From NCBI GenBank assembly GCA_027622665.1, contig JAQBYT010000006.1, forward strand, positions 1-64,000: a DNA stretch of 64,000 nt. The letters run 5' to 3'. How positions within the stretch are numbered: the first letter of the stretch is position 1; each line of letters starts with the position of its first letter. Below are positions 41,945 through 51,044 of this stretch, in pieces. The position numbers and the translations under genes were made by a program. Below the pieces are notes generated by a model. The model was not told the DNA's origin, made no database searches, and saw only the letters and a list, made by a program, of their open reading frames with translations. This DNA is from Verrucomicrobiota bacterium. GTDB taxonomy: Bacteria; Verrucomicrobiota; Verrucomicrobiia; Opitutales; Seribacteraceae.

Positions 41945-43291
41945 CTAGCGCCGTTCCTTGGCGAATACGACTTGGCGGCCACGAACTTGGTCGCGGACTT
42001 GGCCGTCGCGATAGGCGATTTTACCGGAGGCGATGGTGGCGGCAATGCGGGAGCGAAAGCTTTGGCCATCGAAGGGAGACCATCCGCATTTGGATTGGAG
42101 GGTGTTTGGCGTGACGTGGGTTTCGGAGTGGGTGTCGACCAACACGAGATCGGCCCAGTGCCCTTCGCGGAGGAATCCCCGCTCTTGAATGCCGAACAGG
42201 CGGGCGGGTGCGTGGCAGGCTCGCTCCACTATGGTTTCGAGGGTGAAGACGCCGTCGCGCCAAAGCTCTAGAAGGATTAGCAGCGAGTGTTGAACCAGAG
42301 GTAGACCTGATGGAGCTTGAAAGTAGGAGGACTCCTTCTCCTTGAAAGTGTGAGGCGCGTGGTCGGTTGCGATTACGTCTATCCGACCATCGTTGACTGC
42401 CTTGCGGATGGCTTGGCAATCGGAAGGTTTCTTGATGGCGGGGTTGCATTTCACCAGAGATCCATGGGTGGCGTAGGCGGAGTCGTCGAAGTGAAGGTGA
42501 TGAACGCAGGCTTCGGCGGTAATGCGTTTTTCGTCAACGGGACCTACTTCGAAAAGGTCGAGCTCTTCGGCTGTCGTAATATGGAGGACATGCAGTCGGG
42601 CGTTGTTTCGGCGAGCCAGTTCTACGGCGAAGGTGGAGGAACGCAAGCAGGCTTCGCGGGAACGGATTTCGGGGTGGGCGGAGAAGGGAACCTCATCTCC
42701 GAGCCGCTCTCGAAAGGCTTTTTCGTTTTCGAGGATGGTAGGAGAATGCTCGCAGTGAGTGGCGATTGGGGTAGGGGCGTGCCGGAATATTTCCTCCAGC
42801 GCGGTTTCATCGTCCACCAGCATGTCGCCCGTGGATGAACCCATAAAGATTTTTACGCCTGCAATTTCTTCGGGAGGCGCTGTTTTTACATCCTCGATGT
42901 TGGTGTTGGTTGCGCCTAGATAAAAGGAGTAGTTGACGGCGGAGTCGCGAGCGGCGATGGCGAGCTTGTCGCGTATTCGCTCCATCGAGGTGGTGGGTGG
43001 CACCACGTTTGGCATCTCCATGAAGGTGGTTACGCCGCCTGCCGCCGCGGCCCGAGACTCGGAAGCGATGGTGCCTTTGTGGGTGTGGCCGGGTTCCCGA
43101 AAATGGACTTGATCGTCGATTAGGCCGGGGAGCAGGTAATGATCTGCGGCATCGATCGTTTCGTCTGCCGTGACGGCCGAAAGGTCGCTTTCTATTCGAG
43201 AGATACGGCCGTAGCTATCGACTAAAACATCTTGTTCCTCGATTGTGCCTTCGTTGACGAGTTTGGCTCCGAGAATGAGGAGGCTACCCAT
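41945..43291 (-). CDS. pyrC: Dihydroorotase
   Basis: PGLIDDQVHFREPG, GVKIFMGSSTG, ATDHAPH, SKCGWSPF; start ATG 43291. Confidence 0.93.
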   Translation of the reverse strand: MGSLLILGAKLVNEGTIEEQDVLVDSYGRISRIESDLSAVTADETIDAADHYLLPGLIDDQVHFREPGHTHKGTIASESRAAAAGGVTTFMEMPNVVPPTTSMERIRDKLAIAARDSAVNYSFYLGATNTNIEDVKTAPPEEIAGVKIFMGSSTGDMLVDDETALEEIFRHAPTPIATHCEHSPTILENEKAFRERLGDEVPFSAHPEIRSREACLRSSTFAVELARRNNARLHVLHITTAEELDLFEVGPVDEKRITAEACVHHLHFDDSAYATHGSLVKCNPAIKKPSDCQAIRKAVNDGRIDVIATDHAPHTFKEKESSYFQAPSGLPLVQHSLLILLELWRDGVFTLETIVERACHAPARLFGIQERGFLREGHWADLVLVDTHSETHVTPNTLQSKCGWSPFDGQSFRSRIAATIASGKIAYRDGQVRDQVRGRQVVFAKERR

Positions 43292-43293
43292 TC

Positions 43294-43830
43294 CTAACGG
43301 TTCCAAGGGAAGATAGCGAGTATGCGGGCGAGACCGCAAAACCCGGTTAGACCGGAAAAGACTAGGCCTGCTCCAAAAAATGCGGGTGCTGCTAGCCAGC
43401 GTATGTCTTCGGAAAAATAGCAGGCTGCAGTACCTGCTATTACGAGAATGCCGATAGCTATACGAACTTGACGGTCAAGTGGTATGCCTTTTCCACCTGC
43501 CCCATCTACGGGCATTCCTTCGTGGCTCCAGTTGTCGAGCCCACCCGTAAGCAAGTAAATGTTTTCCATGCCTTCCTTCGACAGTTTCTTGGCCGCTTTA
43601 TCTGCCCTTACTCCTGATTGGCAAGTGATGCATAGGGGGATACCGATTTTCGAGGTTTTAAGCTGGGCGATCGTTTCGTTGTCGAGCGAGCTGAGCGGAA
43701 TGTTTTCTGAATCCGCGATTCGTTCTTTACGAAACTCGGCGTGGGAGCGCACATCGATTATCCGAACGGCGCCATCAGCAATACGTTGAGCGAGAGCGCG
43801 AGGAGAAAAAGTCGAACTTGGAGAGCTCAT
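43294..43830 (-). CDS. Rhodanese domain protein with C-terminal DUF2892 (YgaP-like)
   Basis: IIDVRS..EF, CQSGVR, GGLDNW, LDRQVR...GLTGFCGLA. Confidence 0.9.
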   Translation of the reverse strand: MSSPSSTFSPRALAQRIADGAVRIIDVRSHAEFRKERIADSENIPLSSLDNETIAQLKTSKIGIPLCITCQSGVRADKAAKKLSKEGMENIYLLTGGLDNWSHEGMPVDGAGGKGIPLDRQVRIAIGILVIAGTAACYFSEDIRWLAAPAFFGAGLVFSGLTGFCGLARILAIFPWNR

Positions 43831-45111
43831 TTATTTGGTCTGCCCGTTACCTCGGACTTGGTATTTATAGGTGCACAGTTCCCTCAAGCCCATGGGGCCG
43901 CGGGCGTGAAGGCGGTCGGTGGAAATACCGATTTCGGAACCTAGGCCGAACTCAAATCCATCGGTAAAGCGGGTGCTGGCGTTCCAATACACCGTGGAGG
44001 TGTCGATGGCTGCGAGGAAGCGTTCGGCGGTAAGTTCGTCGGTGGTGACTATCGCATCGCTATGGCCACTCCCGTAATGGTTTATTACATCGATAGCATC
44101 TTCTAATGAATCGACGATTTTGATCGATAGAATGAGGTCGAGGAACTCGGTATGGAAGTCTTCTTCGGTGGCTTCTCCGACCGTAAGTGATGGGCGAGCA
44201 TCATTCAGGATCGAACGGGCCTCGGCGTCTGCCCGCACTTCGCAGTTCGACTCGGCGAGAGCATCTAGGGTCTCAGGGAGAAAGGCGGAGGCTATCTCGC
44301 GATGTACGATGAGATTCTCGATGGCGTTGCACACTCCCGGGCGCCCGCACTTGGCCGTAATCGCTATTTTTCTAGCTAAATCAAGATCGGCTTTAGAGTC
44401 GACGTATAGGTTGCAGACACCCTTGTAGTGTTTGATCACGGGGATTCGACTGTGTTCGGTGACGAACCGAATGAGGGCTTCGCCTCCCCGAGGAATGATG
44501 CAGTGTATATTCTCGTCCTGCTTGAGCAAGTGGTTGAGGGCCTCGCGATCCGTGGTGGGAATTAAAAGGACGGCGTCTTGCGGGACATCCGTTTCTTCTA
44601 AAGCATCCCGTACCAGTTCGGCTAAGGCTGAATTTGAATGAAAGGCTTCCTTCCCTCCACGAAGAATAGACGCATTACCCGACTTCAGGCAGAGCGACGC
44701 ACAGTCGATGGTAACGTTTGGTCGGGATTCGTAGATAATGCCGATAACACCTATTGGCACACTAACTTTACGAATGTCGAGGCCATTGGGCCTGATTGAG
44801 CTTTCGATCACTTGACCTACCGGGTCGGGCAAGGCGGCGACTTGTCGTACGCCTTCAACCATTCCCGCAATTCGATCGGGCGTTAGTCTGAGTCTGTCGA
44901 TTAAGGCGTCAGGGAGGCCGTTTTTCTGGCCTGCGTCTAGGTCGAGTTCGTTTTTTCGGATCAGGGTCGCAGCTCGTTTTTCAATCAAGAGAGCGATACT
45001 TTCAAGCGCGGCGTTTTTCTTCTCGGCGGATAGGGTCCCCAAGATGAACGAAGCCTTGCGTGCCCTTTGGGCTAATTCACTTACTTGGCTCTCTATATTT
45101 TCAGTTGTCAT
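43831..45111 (-). CDS. proA: Gamma-glutamyl phosphate reductase
   Basis: IYESRPNVT, IPRGG, CNAIE, NASTRFTDG, HARGPMGL. Confidence 0.97.
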   Translation of the reverse strand: MTTENIESQVSELAQRARKASFILGTLSAEKKNAALESIALLIEKRAATLIRKNELDLDAGQKNGLPDALIDRLRLTPDRIAGMVEGVRQVAALPDPVGQVIESSIRPNGLDIRKVSVPIGVIGIIYESRPNVTIDCASLCLKSGNASILRGGKEAFHSNSALAELVRDALEETDVPQDAVLLIPTTDREALNHLLKQDENIHCIIPRGGEALIRFVTEHSRIPVIKHYKGVCNLYVDSKADLDLARKIAITAKCGRPGVCNAIENLIVHREIASAFLPETLDALAESNCEVRADAEARSILNDARPSLTVGEATEEDFHTEFLDLILSIKIVDSLEDAIDVINHYGSGHSDAIVTTDELTAERFLAAIDTSTVYWNASTRFTDGFEFGLGSEIGISTDRLHARGPMGLRELCTYKYQVRGNGQTK

Positions 45112-45200
45112 GAAAAATTAGATTCAATCATACGTCGAATATCCGTTTGGGGAAAGAATGAATCTCAATTTGGTTTTACAATCGATAAAGGATATCCTTC

Positions 45201-45240
45201 AAAACAGAAGGCGTGGAGCTCACATGAACCCCACGCCTCC
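45201..45240 (-). terminator. Rho-independent terminator after the EF-hand gene
   Basis: Minus strand GGAGGCGTGGGGTTCA-TG-TGAGCTCCACGCCTTC then TGTTTT. Confidence 0.7.
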
Positions 45241-45264
45241 TATTTGAACAGTGTCTTCTTGAGA

Positions 45265-45744
45265 TTATTTTTCCGTCGTTTTCTTTTTTCCGGGACGTTT
45301 GCCGGCTTCGCGACCCGGTCGTCCGCCCCGATTTTTCCTCATTTCCGCGAAGGCTGCCTTTCGCTCTTCTTCGTTGAGTTTTCCGTCCCCGTCCTTGTCG
45401 AACTTTTCCACCATCTCCTTGCGACGTTTTTGCCCCTCTTCGCGAAGAGCGGCTCTTTCTTCTTCATTCAGTTTGCCATCTCCGTCCTTGTCGAACTTCT
45501 TTATGAGTTCGGCCGGAGGTCTGGGAGGACGCCCGCCGCCGAATGATTTTCTAGCTTCCGCTCTTTCCTCTTCGCTAAGCTTCCCGTCGCCATCTTTGTC
45601 GAACTTCTTGAGAATTGCTTCTCTATTAGGTGGGGCTCCTCGTTGCGAGGTGGGTTTTCGTTCTTTTTGGGCCGGTTTGTCTTCCGCACAGAGACCACCG
45701 AGTCCAAATGCAAGGGTTAAGCTGATTATGAGTATTTTTTTCAT
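45265..45744 (-). CDS. Secreted EF-hand domain protein
   Basis: Signal peptide; three FDKDGDGKLxEEER repeats. Confidence 0.9.
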   Translation of the reverse strand: MKKILIISLTLAFGLGGLCAEDKPAQKERKPTSQRGAPPNREAILKKFDKDGDGKLSEEERAEARKSFGGGRPPRPPAELIKKFDKDGDGKLNEEERAALREEGQKRRKEMVEKFDKDGDGKLNEEERKAAFAEMRKNRGGRPGREAGKRPGKKKTTEK

Positions 45745-45932
45745 GGGTTTGATGATTGGTTGTTCTTTGATTTCACGAAAGCCAATTGTTAATGGCCTTA
45801 CTGATAATATGTTGTAACTGATTTATGTGACGAAAAGTTTCAACAAACTTCTCGTTGCGTTGATAAGGAGACATCTGAGCTTCATCTCTTAATTTCCTTG
45901 ATTGAAAGTCAGAAGTTGATCTTATTACCAGA

Positions 45933-48900
45933 ATGCGCGCAACCCTCTTTGCGACTGTTTCAGTTCTTATCTTCACTTTCAGCCTTTCCTGCTTCGCGGC
46001 GAAAGAAGGATTAGAAATTCGCCCATTGCTTCCTCGAAAAGCCTCTGGCTCAACTTTATTTTCCTTGTTGGCCGATAACGCGACTGGTGTTGGTTACGTC
46101 AAGAACGCCCTTTCGAAAAAGCTACTTTTGCGTTTGCATGAAAGTCCTTCTTTTTCGGATAAACCGGGTATACTTGGCGTGTGCTCGGGAGATTTTGACG
46201 GGGACGATCTGCCCGACCTATTTTTTTCCTATCCCTATGGCGGTCATCGTCTTTTTCGTAACTTGGGTGGTTTTCGCTTCGAAGACGTAACTGAAAATGT
46301 TGGCCTTCGTGAAACCGTGGCCGATCACTGGGGAGTCGGTTGCTGTTTTGTCGATCACGACGGCGACGGCGATCTCGATATATTTGTGGCGGGTTCTGGA
46401 GATGTTAACTTGTTATTGGATAATCGGGACGACGGATCTTTTCGCAATATTGCAAAGAAGTTAGGCATTGCTCACGAAGGCGCCAACGTACAGATGGCTT
46501 TCGCAGACTATGATCTGGACGGTGATCTGGACGGTTACTTGGTGACCAATCGCGAAACCCATCTGCCCCCGGCTCCCAAGGGCTTGCGTGTCGAGGTTAC
46601 ATTCCGCAAAGGCATCCCCGTAATCGAGGAGAAGTACCGTGAGCGGTATGACGTCGTCTTCCATCCCACGGATCGCTTGTATGTGACTGAGGCGGGTGAA
46701 TACGATCACCTTTTTCGAAACGACGGATCCCGATTTAAGGATGTCAGCGAAGAAGTTGGTTTACTCGGTACCGATCAAGGTCTTTCCGCATCTTGGTTTG
46801 ATTATGACGATGACGGTTTTCCCGACCTTTACGTAGCCAATGACTTTTTCGGGCATGATCGTCTTTACCACAATAAGAGAAACGGTAGTTTCGAGGAAGT
46901 TGCCCGTGATGTGCTACCGCATACTCCTTGGTTTTCCATGGGGACCGATGTCGCCGACGTAAACAACGATGGCCTTTTCGACTTGATGGGATCCGATATG
47001 GCGGGTTCCGGTCACTACAAATCTAAAATCGGTATGGGAGACATGCAGAAAAGCAGTTGGTTTCTAACCACCTCGCATCCACCTCAATACATGCGCAACG
47101 CCCTCTATCTTAATGCGGGCAGAGGACGCTTTCTCGAGGTCGCTCAACTTGCTGGTCTAGCTAATACCGATTGGACTTGGTCTCTCAAGTTTGCCGATCT
47201 CGACAACGATGGCCGAATCGATCTCTTTGGAACGAACGGCATGGTTCACGACCAAACAAATTCCGATCTGAAGTCTCGGGCCGAGTCCTTCGAGCTGCCA
47301 GCTGAAAAGGCCGCCTTCTGGCAAAAGACTCCTCCCAAGCGCGATCGGAATTTTGCTTTTCGCAATCTAGGTGATCTCCGTTTTGCATCTGTTGGGGCTA
47401 AATGGGGGCTCGACTTCAACGGGGTCAGCTATGGCGCGGCCATAGCCGATTTTGATGGCGATGGTGATCTCGACCTCGCGGTAGCGTCGCTGGAGGATCC
47501 TGTTCGTCTCTACCGCAACGAGTCGAAAACCGGTCACCTGATAAAAATTCGTTTAAAAGGTAGGAAGCGAAACAGTCACGGGATTGGCGCCAAGGTCACG
47601 ATTCAAACGGAGGTCGGTATCCAAGCTCGCTATCTCAACTCTTGCCAAGGTTATGCCTCGGCAAACGATCCGATCATTCACTTTGGGGTTGGGGATGCAA
47701 CAGTCATCAAACGACTTACGGTTCGCTGGCCTTTGGGCCTCAAGCAAACCTTTGAGAATCTTCCAGTGGATAAGTTTTTCGTTATTTCCGAGCCATCCGA
47801 AGCCGAATCTTCTCCTTCTTCTCCGGAACCTTTGCCCCTGCTGGTTGCCTCCAACGCGTTGTCCGCCTTTCAACACAAGGAAAATGATTTTGACGACTTT
47901 AAGCTTCAACCGCTTCTTCCTCATCGGCTCTCTCGATTTGGTCCTGGAATGGCTTGGGGCGACGTCGATTTCGATGGAGACGAAGACATCTTTCTCGGCG
48001 GAGCTTCGGGACAGCCTTCCGTCCTAGCGCTTAATGATGGTAACGGAACTTTCACCCAAAAGAAATTACCTTACTTCGAGAACGAGCAACTTCTCCCCTT
48101 TGAGGATATGGGAGCCGTGTTTCTTGACGCGGATTCCGATGGTGATCTTGATCTCTACGTTGTCAGTGGCGGTTTCGACCCTCGGCCTAAACCTCTCTAC
48201 CTCCGGGATCGCCTTTATCTTAATGATGGAAAGGGGCAGTTGACTCTCGACTTGGACGGAACTCCCAACATTCGAGACAGCGGAGGCCCCGTCGCTGCAG
48301 CAGATTTCGATCGGGATGGTGACCTTGACTTGTTCGTAGGAGGAAGAGTGGTTCGTGGACGTTATCCGACTACCCCGAACAGTCGACTCTTGCGCAACGA
48401 CAACGGAAAGTTTGTGGATGCGACCGACCTTCTTGCTGTTGGTCTTGGAACTACGGGTATGGTTACGGGAGCCTTGTGGAGTGACTTCGACGGCGACGGT
48501 TGGCTCGACCTGTTGGTGACTCGCGAATGGGGTCCCGTTGGCGTGTGGAAAAATTCGGGAGGCAAGCTTACCAACGTTTCGGTCGCGGCCGGCACTGCCG
48601 AGCTGCTAGGCTGGTGGACTGGAATTGCCGCCGCAGATATAGATGAGGATGGGGATATGGACTACGCCCTAGGCAACCTTGGTCTCAATTCAAAATATCA
48701 TGCTTCCAAGGAAAAACCTTACTTGGCCTATTTCGGCGACCTTGATGGTTCCGGAGTTCACCGATTCGTAGAAGCCTGTCACGAGGGAAACTCACTTTTT
48801 CCTGTACGTGGCAAAAGTTGCTCCACTCATGCCATGCCTTCACTAGCCAAGAAGTTCTCGACTTTCCATGCTTTCGCTTCCGCCGGGCTGCATAAAATTT

Positions 48901-49595
48901 ATGCTCCAAGTCGATTGAAATCCGCTCTGCGGCTAGAAATCAACGAACTCGCTTCCGGTTGTCTCATTAACGATGGCAAAGGTCGCTTGACTTTCCGTGC
49001 CTTGCCTAGGATCGCACAAGCCTCAACTGTCTTCGGCATCGCCTTTGGCGACATCGATTCCGACGGTCATCAGGATCTCGCCCTTGCCCAAAACTTTTTC
49101 TCGCCGCAACCTGAAACCGGGCGAATTGACGGTGGTCTCGGTCTAGTCCTTCGCGGCAAAGGGGACGGAACCTTCCTTCCTCTCCGACTAGACCAAAGTG
49201 GCTTTCTTCTCCCCGGCGACGCCAAGGCCCTCGCCCTCACCGATCTCAATGGCGATGCTCGACCGGAAATTGTTGCTACCGTGAATTCCTCCAGTCCAAA
49301 GGTTTTCCTGAATAAGGTTGCCTCGGGCAAGCCCCTTGCTGTTCGTCTCACTGGTTTCAAAGGCAACCTTCGTGGCATTGGCTCTCGAGTCACCCTCCAT
49401 TTGAAAAGCGGGAAATCCTTAGTCGGTGAAATTGCATCGGGTAGCAGCCATCTCACCGGAGGTTCCCCCGCGCTTTTTTTAGCTATTCCAGAGGGAGAAT
49501 CGGCGATAGGAGTTACTGTTCGTTCTCCTCTGGGCAAGGTTTCAAGGCATGAAGTTCCCTCAGGAGTCTCTGAATTAGCTCTCCAATTGGATTGA
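45933..49595 (+). CDS. FG-GAP/VCBS repeat protein with ASPIC/UnbV domains (CRTAC1-like)
   Basis: Many DxDGDGDLD loops; GIGAKV...GYAS...IHFGVG ASPIC/UnbV segment. Confidence 0.9.
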   Translation: MRATLFATVSVLIFTFSLSCFAAKEGLEIRPLLPRKASGSTLFSLLADNATGVGYVKNALSKKLLLRLHESPSFSDKPGILGVCSGDFDGDDLPDLFFSYPYGGHRLFRNLGGFRFEDVTENVGLRETVADHWGVGCCFVDHDGDGDLDIFVAGSGDVNLLLDNRDDGSFRNIAKKLGIAHEGANVQMAFADYDLDGDLDGYLVTNRETHLPPAPKGLRVEVTFRKGIPVIEEKYRERYDVVFHPTDRLYVTEAGEYDHLFRNDGSRFKDVSEEVGLLGTDQGLSASWFDYDDDGFPDLYVANDFFGHDRLYHNKRNGSFEEVARDVLPHTPWFSMGTDVADVNNDGLFDLMGSDMAGSGHYKSKIGMGDMQKSSWFLTTSHPPQYMRNALYLNAGRGRFLEVAQLAGLANTDWTWSLKFADLDNDGRIDLFGTNGMVHDQTNSDLKSRAESFELPAEKAAFWQKTPPKRDRNFAFRNLGDLRFASVGAKWGLDFNGVSYGAAIADFDGDGDLDLAVASLEDPVRLYRNESKTGHLIKIRLKGRKRNSHGIGAKVTIQTEVGIQARYLNSCQGYASANDPIIHFGVGDATVIKRLTVRWPLGLKQTFENLPVDKFFVISEPSEAESSPSSPEPLPLLVASNALSAFQHKENDFDDFKLQPLLPHRLSRFGPGMAWGDVDFDGDEDIFLGGASGQPSVLALNDGNGTFTQKKLPYFENEQLLPFEDMGAVFLDADSDGDLDLYVVSGGFDPRPKPLYLRDRLYLNDGKGQLTLDLDGTPNIRDSGGPVAAADFDRDGDLDLFVGGRVVRGRYPTTPNSRLLRNDNGKFVDATDLLAVGLGTTGMVTGALWSDFDGDGWLDLLVTREWGPVGVWKNSGGKLTNVSVAAGTAELLGWWTGIAAADIDEDGDMDYALGNLGLNSKYHASKEKPYLAYFGDLDGSGVHRFVEACHEGNSLFPVRGKSCSTHAMPSLAKKFSTFHAFASAGLHKIYAPSRLKSALRLEINELASGCLINDGKGRLTFRALPRIAQASTVFGIAFGDIDSDGHQDLALAQNFFSPQPETGRIDGGLGLVLRGKGDGTFLPLRLDQSGFLLPGDAKALALTDLNGDARPEIVATVNSSSPKVFLNKVASGKPLAVRLTGFKGNLRGIGSRVTLHLKSGKSLVGEIASGSSHLTGGSPALFLAIPEGESAIGVTVRSPLGKVSRHEVPSGVSELALQLD

Positions 49596-49604
49596 GTTGC
49601 CCCT

Positions 49605-51017
49605 TCATTTCGCCGGTAGCTCCAGATCGAGATACTCGCAGGCGTTTTGATAGCAAATCCGCTGGACGATATCGCCGATCATTTCCGGTTCGTTCGGCAC
49701 GAAACCGTCCTTCATCCAGCCTCCCAGAAGGTTGCAAAGAATCCTTCGGAAATACTCGTGGCGAGGGAAGGAAAGGAAAGATCGCGAGTCGGTCAGCATG
49801 CCCACGAAACGGGAAAGCAATCCCAAGTTGGCCAAGGTCTTGAGCTGTTCCTCCATCCCGTCCCTCTGGTCGAGGTGCCACCATCCGGAGCCGAACTGCA
49901 TCTTTCCGGGAAGCCCACCTTGGAAATTGCCCAGCATGGCGGCCACCGTAAAATTGTCCGACGGGTTGTTGTTGTAGACGATGGTCTTGGGCAGGGAGTC
50001 TTCCCGATCCAAGCAGTCGAGGAAGTGGGACATCCTTTCCGCCTGCGGCCAATCCCCGACCGAGTCGGCCCCCGCATCTGGGCCGAAGGATTTCAGCAAG
50101 CGGCTAGAGTTGTTGCGCAAGGGACCCAAGTGCACTTGCATCGTCCATCCCTTCTCTGCGTAGAGTCGGGCGAGTCGGAGCATGACGAAGGCTCCGAATT
50201 GTTCTTCTTCCTCACGGAGAGCGTCCTTCCCATCCAAGGTGTTTTGGAAAATCCTCTTCGCATCCCGGTCGTTCGGGAAGTCGCAAAAGAAATAGGGAAA
50301 GCTGTGATCCGAGATGCGGGACCCGAGTTCGTGAAAGTCCTCAATCCTTTTCTCGAGGGCGGCGACGAAGTCGTCCAGATTGGTGATGGAAAGCCCGGTG
50401 GTAGCCTCGAGCTTTTGCAACCATTGACCAAAGGCGTTGGCGTTGCCTATGCCCCACGCCTTGTCCGGCCGGAAGGTTGGGTAGACTGCGGTCTCGATTT
50501 TCGGATTTTCCCTGATCGCCTGATGATGGTCGGTCGGGTCGGCCGGGTCGTCGGTCGTGCAGAGTGCCTTGACTTGAAAGCGCCTCAACATGCCTCGGGC
50601 GGAAAAGGAAGGGTCGTCCAGTTGCTCGTTGGCCCGGTCCCAAATCTCCTCTGCGGTATCGGGACCGAGGAGCAGGTCGATCCCGAAGCAGCGCTTCAAC
50701 TCCAAATGGGTCCAGTGGTAGAGTGGGTTGCCCAGGGTGTGGGGAATCGTGGCCGCCCAAGCCAGGTATTTTTCCTTTGGGTTCCCGTCTCCCGTGACGA
50801 GCTCCTCGCTCGTTCCGTTCGCCCGCATTGCCCGCCACTTGTAATGGTCTCCTTCGAGCCAAATTTCGGAGAGGTTGGCGAACCTTCGATCCTTTGCAAT
50901 TTCTCCGGGCGGGAGGTGGTTGTGAAAGTCGAGGATCGGTTCGTCCTCTGCATAGTCGTGGTAAAGGGCGACCGCTTCGTCGCCAGTCAGCAGGAAGTCT
51001 TCGTCAAGGAAGCTCAT
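49605..51017 (-). CDS. uxaC: Glucuronate (uronate) isomerase
   Basis: DFHNHL, GDHYKWRAMR, GNPLYHWTHLEL, GMLTDSRSFLSFPRHEYFRR. Confidence 0.97.
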   Translation of the reverse strand: MSFLDEDFLLTGDEAVALYHDYAEDEPILDFHNHLPPGEIAKDRRFANLSEIWLEGDHYKWRAMRANGTSEELVTGDGNPKEKYLAWAATIPHTLGNPLYHWTHLELKRCFGIDLLLGPDTAEEIWDRANEQLDDPSFSARGMLRRFQVKALCTTDDPADPTDHHQAIRENPKIETAVYPTFRPDKAWGIGNANAFGQWLQKLEATTGLSITNLDDFVAALEKRIEDFHELGSRISDHSFPYFFCDFPNDRDAKRIFQNTLDGKDALREEEEQFGAFVMLRLARLYAEKGWTMQVHLGPLRNNSSRLLKSFGPDAGADSVGDWPQAERMSHFLDCLDREDSLPKTIVYNNNPSDNFTVAAMLGNFQGGLPGKMQFGSGWWHLDQRDGMEEQLKTLANLGLLSRFVGMLTDSRSFLSFPRHEYFRRILCNLLGGWMKDGFVPNEPEMIGDIVQRICYQNACEYLDLELPAK

Positions 51018-51044
51018 GAGGGAGTGGTTTGTACGCGGGGTTGT

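Noticed and set aside
45340..45610. Nucleotide tandem repeats
   Set aside because: Explained by three EF-hand coding repeats.
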